Assembly (NCBI GenBank): GCA_045125935.1 | Contig: JBGVNW010000068.1 | Coordinates: 55,323-119,322, forward strand | Source of the DNA: Bacilli bacterium | GTDB taxonomy: Bacteria > Bacillota_I > Bacilli_A > RF39 > UBA660 | Direction of reading: 5' to 3' | DNA: 64,000 nt | Shown: positions 43,822-51,277 of the stretch, one piece after another | Layout of the letters: each line of letters starts with the position of its first letter | Numbering within the stretch: the stretch's first letter is position 1 | Made by a program: the position numbers and the translations under genes | The notes under the pieces: generated by a model | Told to the model about the DNA's origin: nothing | Database searches by the model: none | Seen by the model: only the letters and a program-made list of their open reading frames with translations

Positions 43822-44240
43822 GCTCTCTTAGCATAATGGATAATGCAACAGCCTTTAAGCAAATGTTTACATGAAATAGGAGTGCATACCCTGTAAAGGG
43901 TCGCTGGGAAACCAGTTATGTAGAAGTCCCCTAAACGGTGAAACCTTAACGGGTAGTGCTGATGGCAACACCGTGCCAATGTTATTAACGGAGATGACAT
44001 CTCGCAAGAGTTCAGAAAATAAAAGTCGGAGTTATAGACAGTGTGTAGAGAATCTACGGGGACAACCTAAGTTGAAATAGTGTACAGATTTCAATATGGT
44101 TGAGATTGATTCCAGACCACAAACAATTCACAATGTTTATAAAAGTACTTTTGGAAATGAAGACATTGTTAATAATTGGTAGTGAAAACTATAGTGGTAG
44201 GCTAAGCTGTCGATTGCTGGTTCGAGTCCAGCAGAGAGTA
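43822..44240 (+). tRNA. tRNA-Arg(UCU) (most parsimonious reading) interrupted by a 346-nt intron between positions 34 and 35
   Basis: Exon 1 (43822-43855) is GCTCTCT-TA-GCAT-AATGGATA-ATGC-A-ACAGC-CTT. Exon 2 (44202-44240) is CTAA-GCTGT-CGATT-GCTGG-TTCGAGT-CCAGC-AGAGAGT-A. This is a class I cloverleaf. The splice points were chosen so that the 5' exon ends in U, the intron ends in G and the loop has 7 nt (CTTCTAA). Confidence 0.7.
43856..44201 (+). ncRNA. group I (IC3-like) intron in the tRNA-Arg anticodon loop
   Basis: GGGTCGCTGGGAAACCAG parallels GGGTCGC plus a GAAA-loop hairpin in the first intron. The core GTGTAGAGAATCTACGGGGACAACCTAAG...CAATATGG parallels the Azoarcus ...GUAGAGACUAGACGGCACCCACCUAAGG...CUAUGG. 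Confidence 0.65.
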
Positions 44241-44263
44241 CAAAATAAAATTAAAAAACCAGT

Positions 44264-44830
44264 ATGAAAGAATTGAAAGAATGTCCAATTCATGGTTTAA
44301 CAGAATTTACATTTTATAAAACATCTTCACACAATGGACAATTTAAGTGTAATAAATGTGAAGTAGAGTTATCAACTTTAAAAAACCAAAAAAGAAAAAT
44401 TAAAGCGGTTGAATATAAAGGTGGAAAATGTGAATTGTGTAAGTATGATAAAAATATATCTGCTTTGGAGTTTCACCACTTAAATCCAGACGAAAAGGAT
44501 TTTACAATTTCTGGATTTAAATGTGGTTGGGAAGACTTAAAAAAAGAATTAGACAAATGTATAATGGTTTGTGCTAATTGTCATAGGGAAATACACAACC
44601 CACATTCAACTATACAGAATATTAAAGAACTGATAGAAAAACATGAAATTGACATTAAGATTAAACAGGAAACATATAAGCGAAATAGACCTTCAAAATA
44701 CAAATTTACTTTAGATGAAGTTAATAAAAAAAGATTGGAGTGTTCTAACTGGGAAGAAGTTGCAGATTTTTATGATATGAGTATATCAACTTTAAAAAGA
44801 CATCGCAAAGAATTAAAAAATAAAAAATAA
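44264..44830 (+). CDS. free-standing HNH endonuclease (homing-endonuclease-like)
   Basis: CELCKYDKNISALEFHHLNPDEKDF...MVCANCHREIHN is the HNH motif. Zinc-ribbon N-terminus (CPIHG...CNKC) and HTH-like C-terminal tail. Located 24 nt after the intron-containing tRNA-Arg. Confidence 0.8.
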   Translation: MKELKECPIHGLTEFTFYKTSSHNGQFKCNKCEVELSTLKNQKRKIKAVEYKGGKCELCKYDKNISALEFHHLNPDEKDFTISGFKCGWEDLKKELDKCIMVCANCHREIHNPHSTIQNIKELIEKHEIDIKIKQETYKRNRPSKYKFTLDEVNKKRLECSNWEEVADFYDMSISTLKRHRKELKNKK

Positions 44831-44835
44831 AATTT

Positions 44836-44893
44836 TGTCAGCAATCTGAAATCTAATGATGATTGTTATGAAATCAGATGGTGATTGCTGTCA
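44836..44893. repeat. composite intergenic repeat (TGTCAGCA, CTGAAATC, ATGGTGATTGCTGTCA)
   Basis: CTGAAATC at 44846-44853. Exact 16-mer ATGGTGATTGCTGTCA at 44878-44893. Confidence 0.8.
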
Positions 44894-44923
44894 AAAAAGA
44901 TATTTGAAATATTTGATAAGGAG

Positions 44924-45007
44924 GCAGGAATGTTGTAATAGGTAGCCAAGAGGCACTTAAAATGCCTTGACCATTTGGTCGTGCGGGTTCGAGTCCCGCT
45001 TCCTGTA
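44924..45007 (+). tRNA. tRNA-Leu(UAA), uninterrupted
   Basis: GCAGGAA-TG-TTG..CAA-G-AGGCA-CTTAAAA-TGCCT, then the long variable arm TGACCATTTGGTCGT, then GCGGG-TTCGAGT-CCCGC-TTCCTGT-A. Class II cloverleaf of 84 nt. Confidence 0.85.
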
Positions 45008-45030
45008 CAAAAAAATTAAATAAACTATAT

Positions 45031-45101
45031 TGACAGCAAACGCCAATTTTATGCAGTCAAATGAAATCAAATGAAGATTGATGTTATGGTGATTGCTGTC
45101 A
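45031..45101. repeat. inverted TGACAGCA...ATGGTGATTGCTGTCA pair
   Basis: TGACAGCA at 45031-45038. Exact 16-mer at 45086-45101. Confidence 0.8.
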
Positions 45102-45125
45102 GAACATTAAAAAACTGAAAGCATT

Positions 45126-45740
45126 ATGTTAAATTTTCTGAAATCAAAAACAAAGTATGAATATGTAGAAAAATATGCATACTTTACAAATGGCAAAAAA
45201 ATCTATAGAGTATCATTGGAAGAATTCATTGATAAGAAAGACCTTCAACTATCTCGTGATGAATTGTTCAACAAGTATGGTTTTTATGTGAGTGAATATT
45301 CTCTTGACAGCGGCATCTTTGAAGACTGGAATGCTATTGGATCACATGATAATCTATCAGATTATATCGGAGGAGACATGAAGGAAATTAATTCAACAGA
45401 ATTGCAATTTGCTATCAACAGTATTAAAAATAACTTTCAAAAGAAATTTGATGAATTGCAATTAGATGGGACATTATATACTTATAATGTATATGCCCTT
45501 TATGAAACATCTTGCTTTCAAAAGATCGCAAAGGTTAAGAGAAAGTTGGTCAATAAAGAAAGAAATGACGATTACAGACTTTTTCTTGAAATCGAAATCC
45601 TTGATGGAAAATCAGCAGAGACTAAACGAGAATTCATTCCGTTCGTTGAATTTATTACGGAATATAAATCAGGTTGTGATCTTGAAGTAGTTGACAGCGG
45701 TGATAAATGGATCACCAAAGTTGAAGAGTATTTTGATTGA
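45126..45740 (+). CDS. hypothetical protein (204 aa)
   Basis: ORF track. Confidence 0.6.
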   Translation: MLNFLKSKTKYEYVEKYAYFTNGKKIYRVSLEEFIDKKDLQLSRDELFNKYGFYVSEYSLDSGIFEDWNAIGSHDNLSDYIGGDMKEINSTELQFAINSIKNNFQKKFDELQLDGTLYTYNVYALYETSCFQKIAKVKRKLVNKERNDDYRLFLEIEILDGKSAETKREFIPFVEFITEYKSGCDLEVVDSGDKWITKVEEYFD

Positions 45741-45821
45741 ATCTGAAATCAAAAGATAGCGAATGCTAACGGAGAGAAAAAAAAAATAATTATTATTTCT
45801 GAAATCAAAAGCAATTTACTT

Positions 45822-46082
45822 ATGGTAAAGATATCATATTATTATGATCCTATTATGAAATCGTATGAAGAACGATACTATATGGATTATTATTGTTCGG
45901 ACGGTAAAACCCGCTTGTGGGCAGGTAGATGTATATCAGACACGCCGACAGCATTATTAAAAGATATCCGAAATATTGTGGCAGGTCTTAATAAACCGAG
46001 AGCATTATTTGGGCAGAATGGTAAATTGTCTCAATGGTTCTGGTGGAGGCGGGTCATCAGAAATCAAAAGAAATTAAGATAG
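45822..46082 (+). CDS. hypothetical protein (86 aa)
   Basis: ORF track. Confidence 0.5.
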   Translation: MVKISYYYDPIMKSYEERYYMDYYCSDGKTRLWAGRCISDTPTALLKDIRNIVAGLNKPRALFGQNGKLSQWFWWRRVIRNQKKLR

Positions 46083-46096
46083 AAGATGGGGATAGA

Positions 46097-46133
46097 GGGC
46101 GATAGCGTTGTGAAACGACATCGCTCTTTTTTT
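46097..46133 (+). terminator. intrinsic terminator (CGTT-GTGA-AACG loop family)
   Basis: GGGCGATAGCGTT-GTGA-AACGACATCGCTC with a 2-nt internal mismatch, followed by T7. Confidence 0.7.
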
Positions 46134-46235
46134 ATATCAACAAAAAAATAAAATTGCTGTCGACATAAATAATATAGAGATGATAATTTAAGAGCAATAT
46201 TAGCAATTTCCATAAATAATTTTATTGTTGTATGA

Positions 46236-46273
46236 GGGTGATGCCAAATTTTTGGTGTCGCCCTTTTTTTTTT
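46236..46273 (+). terminator. intrinsic terminator
   Basis: GGGTGATGCCAAA..TTTGGTGTCGCCC followed by T10. Confidence 0.7.
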
Positions 46274-46361
46274 GACAGCAATCGTCAATTATTTTCGTTT
46301 GCTATTAGAAATAATAATTATTTTTTGTTATATTTAATATGTAATTAAATGAAATCAGAAG

Positions 46362-46676
46362 ATGGAGGACAACAATTTTTACAACCCGATTAACAATCCG
46401 AAATTCAATACAGTGGAAGAACTTTGCGAATACCTGGAAGCACAAGGTCATGAAGGGACTGTATTTTTTGAGAATCCAAGTTTCGTCAAAGCGATCATTG
46501 GAATCACTGACAGCGAGCAGTTGATATATGATTATGATCTGATGATAGCAGCGGCGATGGAAGAAGAAGGATGGGATGTTGAGGGTGCTATCGAGTGGAT
46601 AGATTACAACACGCTACGATCAATACCATATATGGGAAATTATCATCCGATAGTTATCTTTCCCATAAACTGGTAA
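46362..46676 (+). CDS. conserved small phage/plasmid protein (104 aa)
   Basis: ...YDYDLMIAAAMEEEGWDVEGAIEWIDYNTLRSIPYMG is a pattern I recognise from many phage hypothetical proteins. Function unknown. Confidence 0.6.
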   Translation: MEDNNFYNPINNPKFNTVEELCEYLEAQGHEGTVFFENPSFVKAIIGITDSEQLIYDYDLMIAAAMEEEGWDVEGAIEWIDYNTLRSIPYMGNYHPIVIFPINW

Positions 46677-46767
46677 AGACACTATATATACTTTCTCCGA
46701 ATGGTGGTGGATGCTGGCAGTATGTCACTCCGTCACCATTTGTTAATAATAATTATTTTTATTTTTT

Positions 46768-48405
46768 ATGAAATCAACAGACAAACTTAATCTTTTTGGC
46801 GAACCGCTATCAGATGAAATTGAAAGAAATGTGGTGAAAAACAAGACATTATCTTTTAAAAAGAAATACAAGGCAACCCAAGACTATCACTATATGCCGA
46901 TTAAGAATATGAAACATCGGAAAGCAACCAAACAGTTTTTATCTGAAATGCTTGGACTTCAGACAGCAGGTTGGACAACTGACCAGATTTTGTATGCTAT
47001 CGGACGGGAATTGACAGCAGGTAAGCAATTACCAGACTTTCATCTGAAATCCAAAAGCAATTTGAAGATATCTATACCAGATGATGTTCGAGAAGAGCAT
47101 GATCTAATTGGTGGTTGCTATCAATATTTGAGCACAAAACACGAGAGACTCAAAAAAGGATCCTTTTATACTACAGAAAGAATTATTGAAAGAATCGTTA
47201 TTGGTCTTGATATTGATGGAGACACTTCTGTATTTGATCCATCTTGTGGGAGTGGGAATCTAATATTGAACAGTAAGGTTATTAACCCAAAACAAGTACA
47301 TGGCATTGATATTGATCCACTGGCAGTGATGTGCTGTCAGTTCAATTACTATCTGAAATTTGGGAACGACGCACCTGAACCTGATATCAGATGTATGAAC
47401 TTCTCGGATCTGGTGAAACAGGGATGTGATCTGAAATTTGATGTAATCCTGTGCAATCCACCGTATGGGGCGGAGATGAATATATCTGGAGTGAATTCTG
47501 AAATCAGAAGCACTGACTGTTTGGATTTCTTCGTAGAGCATGCGAGCAAGATGGCGGCGGAGTCTGTCTTCGTGCTACCAGAAACTGTAATCAATGTAAA
47601 GAAGCACGAGAACTTGAGATCTTGGATTCTACAGAAAAAGAAATTGTCTGCAATTCAAAGCTTTGGGGCTGGAATTGATAGCACATTATATAATATAGTA
47701 TCATTGACCTTAAATCATAAAGAAAAAAATAATTATTTTTTTGATGGAAAGCAGGTAGATTATGATTTTACCATCAATGTGTTGGACAGCAAATTTCGTC
47801 CGATCGGAGGAGATGAGATGGAATTCATTCGAAAGATGTATGCTATACCTCATCAGACATTAGAGAAGTGTAAACATGTAACGGGAATAGTAACTGGGGA
47901 TGATGAGAAGTTTTTATTAGATGAACCGACAGCAAGTTCTGAACCAGTGATTACTGGGAAGCACATAGAACCATATAAGATCACAGGAGAGAAATATATT
48001 AATTACGAAGATGTTCGTGGGCAGTTGGCGATCGCTGTCAAGGACTCATATTTCCGAACACCAGAAAAACTCATTTATCATACAGTATCCAGAAATTTAG
48101 AGTTTGCTATCGACACTGACAGCAGGCTTACTACCTGCACTGCGAATTTCTTTTTGGTGAAAGATATCAGGGTGAGTACTAAATGTATTATGGCGATGTT
48201 TAACTCTCGGATATATAATCGCATCAACGAGTTACTCTTCGGTGACAAAGTGAATCGTGGAGGCAATATTAAAAAATTACCTATCCCGATTCTGGATGAA
48301 GACCAGCAGCGGCGGATGGAGAAATATGTGGATGATGAGAATTACGCAGCGATTGAAGAGATGCTCGCTGATTTCTTTCAGATTTATGATAGCAAAATAA
48401 AATAA
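46768..48405 (+). CDS. gamma-class N6-adenine DNA methyltransferase (Eco57I/TaqI-like), apparently orphan
   Basis: Motif I is SVFDPSCGSGNLIL. Motif IV is DVILCNPPYG. There is a large C-terminal TRD-like region. No endonuclease partner is nearby. Confidence 0.85.
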   Translation: MKSTDKLNLFGEPLSDEIERNVVKNKTLSFKKKYKATQDYHYMPIKNMKHRKATKQFLSEMLGLQTAGWTTDQILYAIGRELTAGKQLPDFHLKSKSNLKISIPDDVREEHDLIGGCYQYLSTKHERLKKGSFYTTERIIERIVIGLDIDGDTSVFDPSCGSGNLILNSKVINPKQVHGIDIDPLAVMCCQFNYYLKFGNDAPEPDIRCMNFSDLVKQGCDLKFDVILCNPPYGAEMNISGVNSEIRSTDCLDFFVEHASKMAAESVFVLPETVINVKKHENLRSWILQKKKLSAIQSFGAGIDSTLYNIVSLTLNHKEKNNYFFDGKQVDYDFTINVLDSKFRPIGGDEMEFIRKMYAIPHQTLEKCKHVTGIVTGDDEKFLLDEPTASSEPVITGKHIEPYKITGEKYINYEDVRGQLAIAVKDSYFRTPEKLIYHTVSRNLEFAIDTDSRLTTCTANFFLVKDIRVSTKCIMAMFNSRIYNRINELLFGDKVNRGGNIKKLPIPILDEDQQRRMEKYVDDENYAAIEEMLADFFQIYDSKIK

Positions 48406-48528
48406 AAATTATTATTTTTTGGATACCTTTTTGTTCTAAAAGTCAGATTTATTTCGGGCTGTTTGAAAAATCATAGGGAAAAAATAAAAATCATTGATCT
48501 AAAAGTCGGATTTTGATTTTTAAAAGTA

Positions 48529-48561
48529 GCACAAGGGAATAAACACTCTTGTGCTTTTTTT
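48529..48561 (+). terminator. intrinsic terminator
   Basis: GCACAAG-GGAATAAACACT-CTTGTGC followed by T7. Confidence 0.7.
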
Positions 48562-49132
48562 ATTATAAAAAGGATCCTTTTCTCAAGTTTGCTATCGACA
48601 GCAGGTCGTCGATAAAAGGATCCTTATGGATGTGAGATAACTGTAATGTACTACATTAGCAAATTATTGATATTCTTATAGATAATATTTTATATGTTTT
48701 TTTTGAAATTTGACATTTGTTATAAAAAAAAATTATTATTATTTCGGAGAGATGAAGGAGAGATGATGATTTGCTATCGGAAAGCAACCCTTGAAATTCA
48801 CACACGCATATATTATATAAGGTGTATCCATCCTGATAGCAAAACCTGCAACTACCTGATCACCTGCTATCACCTGATATCAGAAGGATGAAACAGGATA
48901 CCTGTTTTAAGGTCCTATAGTATTACAAAAATTTCAACGATCACCCTTCGGGTGGTATATTTGGTCGTCTGAAAAATTTAAAGCGATTTTAGGACATTTA
49001 TGTGCGTCTTTTAAATCTGCTATCTGAAATCCGACAGCAAAATAAAAAAATAATTATTATTTTTCTCATAAATGTCTGATTTTCAATCAGATAAAAAATA
49101 ACATTATTTTTTGAAAAAAAGTTGGTAAAAAA

Positions 49133-49164
49133 TTTGGTAGAATGAAAAAAAAGCAGTAACTTTG
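49133..49164 (+). promoter_or_regulatory. Bacteroidota-type promoter (family B)
   Basis: TTTG-N20-TAACTTTG followed by TAGTGTAAA. Confidence 0.7.
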
Positions 49165-49200
49165 TAGTGTAAATGATAAACAACTAAAAAACAACGAATT

Positions 49201-49431
49201 ATGAAGTATCACGCAAATTACAACGCAAATAACGGAACTCGCCTTATGGTTGATATGATAAGCGATAACAAAAAACAACTGATGAAAGATATCCGAGAGA
49301 TAGCAACGGCAGAATGTTTTGATAGCAATCACGCAATTTGGTGGGTTGTGGACAGAAAAGGACACTATATCTATTCTGGTATGGTGGTAAAAGAAAATGG
49401 TAAAATATATTATTATCGCAATCAACACTAA
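49201..49431 (+). CDS. hypothetical protein (76 aa)
   Basis: ORF track. Confidence 0.55.
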   Translation: MKYHANYNANNGTRLMVDMISDNKKQLMKDIREIATAECFDSNHAIWWVVDRKGHYIYSGMVVKENGKIYYYRNQH

Positions 49432-49446
49432 AAACAAATAAAGATT

Positions 49447-49635
49447 ATGTATAGCAAATGTACAGAGTGGTGTCACCACTGCGAAACCGAAGTGATGCTG
49501 TCAGCAGAAATGACAATTCAGAAATGTCCTAATTGTGGCAAGTATATTATCCCTTGCTGTATGTGTGATTGGGACAATAGTGATTGTGGTGAGTGTGAGT
49601 TAGCAAAAATTTGTGAAACTAAAAATAAAAAATAA
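49447..49635 (+). CDS. Cys-rich zinc-ribbon-like protein (62 aa)
   Basis: CHHCE...CPNCG...CCMC...CGEC. Confidence 0.55.
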   Translation: MYSKCTEWCHHCETEVMLSAEMTIQKCPNCGKYIIPCCMCDWDNSDCGECELAKICETKNKK

Positions 49636-49666
49636 TTATTTTTTTCTGAAAAAAGTTTGGAAAAAG

Positions 49667-49698
49667 CTTGCAGGATTAAAAAAATTGTTGTAACTTTG
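49667..49698 (+). promoter_or_regulatory. Bacteroidota-type promoter (sub-family B2, -33 CTTG)
   Basis: GGAAAAAGCTTGCAGGATTAAAAAA...TAACTTTG. The same cassette occurs at 50080 and 51597. Confidence 0.65.
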
Positions 49699-49732
49699 TA
49701 GTAGAAAAATAAACAACTAAACAATATAAGAT

Positions 49733-50047
49733 ATGAGAACGAAAGAACAATGGTTGAAAGATTTCACACACAAATGCTTTAAGGATAATAGATATGAATT
49801 TCACCCTTATGGTTGTATGGTGGTAAAACCAAATAAGAAAGAGGTAGTTTGTTTCTATCCTATTCTATCAGAATCTGGTGAAGAAGTATTTTCTTTTGTG
49901 GTTAATACATTCAAGGTTAAATATCTTGACGAAAACACTTGGTATAGAGATTGCTCTAATGTAAATTATTCAGAGAATTGCACAAAACATCGCTTATATG
50001 ATGTAGATAAAGCATATAAGATTTACTCAAAGTATGCCAAAAAATAA
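49733..50047 (+). CDS. hypothetical protein (104 aa)
   Basis: ORF track. Confidence 0.6.
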   Translation: MRTKEQWLKDFTHKCFKDNRYEFHPYGCMVVKPNKKEVVCFYPILSESGEEVFSFVVNTFKVKYLDENTWYRDCSNVNYSENCTKHRLYDVDKAYKIYSKYAKK

Positions 50048-50079
50048 TTATTATTTTTGAAAAAAAAATTTGGAAAAAG

Positions 50080-50111
50080 CTTGCAGGATTAAAAAATAAT
50101 TGCTAACTTTG
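50080..50111 (+). promoter_or_regulatory. Bacteroidota-type promoter (sub-family B2)
   Basis: CTTG-N20-TAACTTTG. Confidence 0.65.
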
Positions 50112-50157
50112 TAGTACAAAACTAAACATAGTAATAACAACTAAAAACAACAGCAAA

Positions 50158-50817
50158 ATGGAAAATAAGAATTGTATAGAAATCGCAAAAAACATTCCAG
50201 AAAGAATCCAACAAAAATTTCTCGAAAAAGTAAGGAATGAGTATCCAAATCTTGATCCTGAAGGTTTTTTCTATGTGGGAAATAATCTCAAGCATACAGG
50301 AAAAAAAGCAAAAACAACAGCAAAAAAGGAAAAGATTGTCAGAAAGGAAGGTGAAAGCAATGCAAGTTTTGCACAAAGACTTTCCAAAGTCGACAGCAAA
50401 TTCTCGAAAGAATATAAGAAACACGAGAATGAAATTTTCCGACCTATCGAAAATGTAATGAATCGATTGCTTGGTGGTAATGTCGACTATACAGATACAT
50501 TTGAAGTATCTAATATGAGAACTTTCAGGGTTATGAATGGAAATGAAGGTTGGGGAACTTATCCAAAACCTTATCTTCAAAAGAAACACGGCAAGGCGTT
50601 TGAATATCAAGTTCATTTGAATAAAGAGAATGACGGATGTTTTGTGGTAAAAAATATAGTCGCTTTCGCATTTCCTGAAAGCGTAAAACAACCATTCAAT
50701 ATATCAGATTATCAATCATATTCTCAATTTGTAAAACATTGGGGAATTGAACATATCGATGGTGATAAATCTAATAACTCTGCTGAAAACCTTAAATGGG
50801 TTGCAAGAAAATCTTAA
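50158..50817 (+). CDS. free-standing HNH (HNH_3-type) endonuclease-like protein
   Basis: The C-terminus HWGIEHIDGDKSNNSAENLKWV matches the phage homing-HNH motif (vdHiDgnk.NN...NLrwv). Confidence 0.7.
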   Translation: MENKNCIEIAKNIPERIQQKFLEKVRNEYPNLDPEGFFYVGNNLKHTGKKAKTTAKKEKIVRKEGESNASFAQRLSKVDSKFSKEYKKHENEIFRPIENVMNRLLGGNVDYTDTFEVSNMRTFRVMNGNEGWGTYPKPYLQKKHGKAFEYQVHLNKENDGCFVVKNIVAFAFPESVKQPFNISDYQSYSQFVKHWGIEHIDGDKSNNSAENLKWVARKS

Positions 50818-50931
50818 ATTGTCCGTTATGTCAATGTCCCTAAAATAGAATTAGGGGCATTGATAGAAAACGACAATTGCTAATATCGGATAGCAAAAAA
50901 AATAATTATTATTTTTAAAACAATTAAGATT

Positions 50932-51132
50932 ATGAAACCGATTGTAACTTTAAAGACAAATAGAGATTTTTATGAAGCAAAAGAGTGTGCAGAAAACTCA
51001 ATGACAGTAGGAGAGTTTATGAATATGCTATCAACATATCCAAATGATGCGAAGATAGTATTTTCAAATGATAATGGATATACTTATGGTGTAGTAGGTA
51101 AATTTGGATGTGTCTTTGCAGTAGAACAATAA
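50932..51132 (+). CDS. small protein containing the 'MTVxE(F/L)' motif (66 aa)
   Basis: ORF track. Contains ...NSMTVGEFMNMLSTYPNDAKIVFS... Confidence 0.5.
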   Translation: MKPIVTLKTNRDFYEAKECAENSMTVGEFMNMLSTYPNDAKIVFSNDNGYTYGVVGKFGCVFAVEQ

Positions 51133-51277
51133 CATTAAAACAATAACGACTATGTTTATGGATTTGGGAAAAAATTATTTGGAAAAACTTGATTTGGGAA
51201 AAATTGAGTAGGCATATAAAGATGGTCTTGCTATCAGAGAGAAACTCACCGATAGCAATCCAAAATTTATCAAGAGC

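Noticed and set aside
43848-43860. Reading the 5' half of the second tRNA as an uninterrupted anticodon loop CTTTAAG, giving anticodon UUA (an ochre suppressor)
   Set aside because: No complementary 3' anticodon-stem strand follows. The matching strand GCTGT, the T-arm and the acceptor strand lie 346 nt downstream. With group I boundary rules (5' exon ends in U, intron ends in G, 7-nt loop) the anticodon is UCU.
43809-44000. Minus-strand ORF (63 aa) inside the second intron as an intron-encoded homing endonuclease
   Set aside because: It is antisense to the intron, has no LAGLIDADG, GIY-YIG or HNH motif, and overlaps conserved ribozyme core sequence.
43193-46280. TTGACAGCA as a classical sigma-70 -35 box (TTGACA), possibly for the phage sigma factor
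   Set aside because: No -10-like TATAAT lies 16-18 nt downstream at the copies I checked (43193, 45030, 46271). The motif also occurs abundantly inside genes in both orientations.
48694-48891. Track ORF (65 aa) in the 800-bp non-coding island
   Set aside because: It runs through a degenerate palindrome and the repeat-rich segment. Its composition is implausible (C/Y/I-rich), and it has no promoter or leader like the other genes.
39698-51211. Stop-codon reassignment (TGA, TAG or TAA read as sense) to explain the in-frame stops
   Set aside because: All three stop codons clearly terminate well-delimited genes here. TGA does so in the ATGA overlaps at 6705, 9184, 9381, 13057 and 14987. TAG does so at 6942, 10626, 38407 and 61707. 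TAA does so at most gene ends. Each interrupted gene uses a different stop codon, which does not fit a single recoding event.
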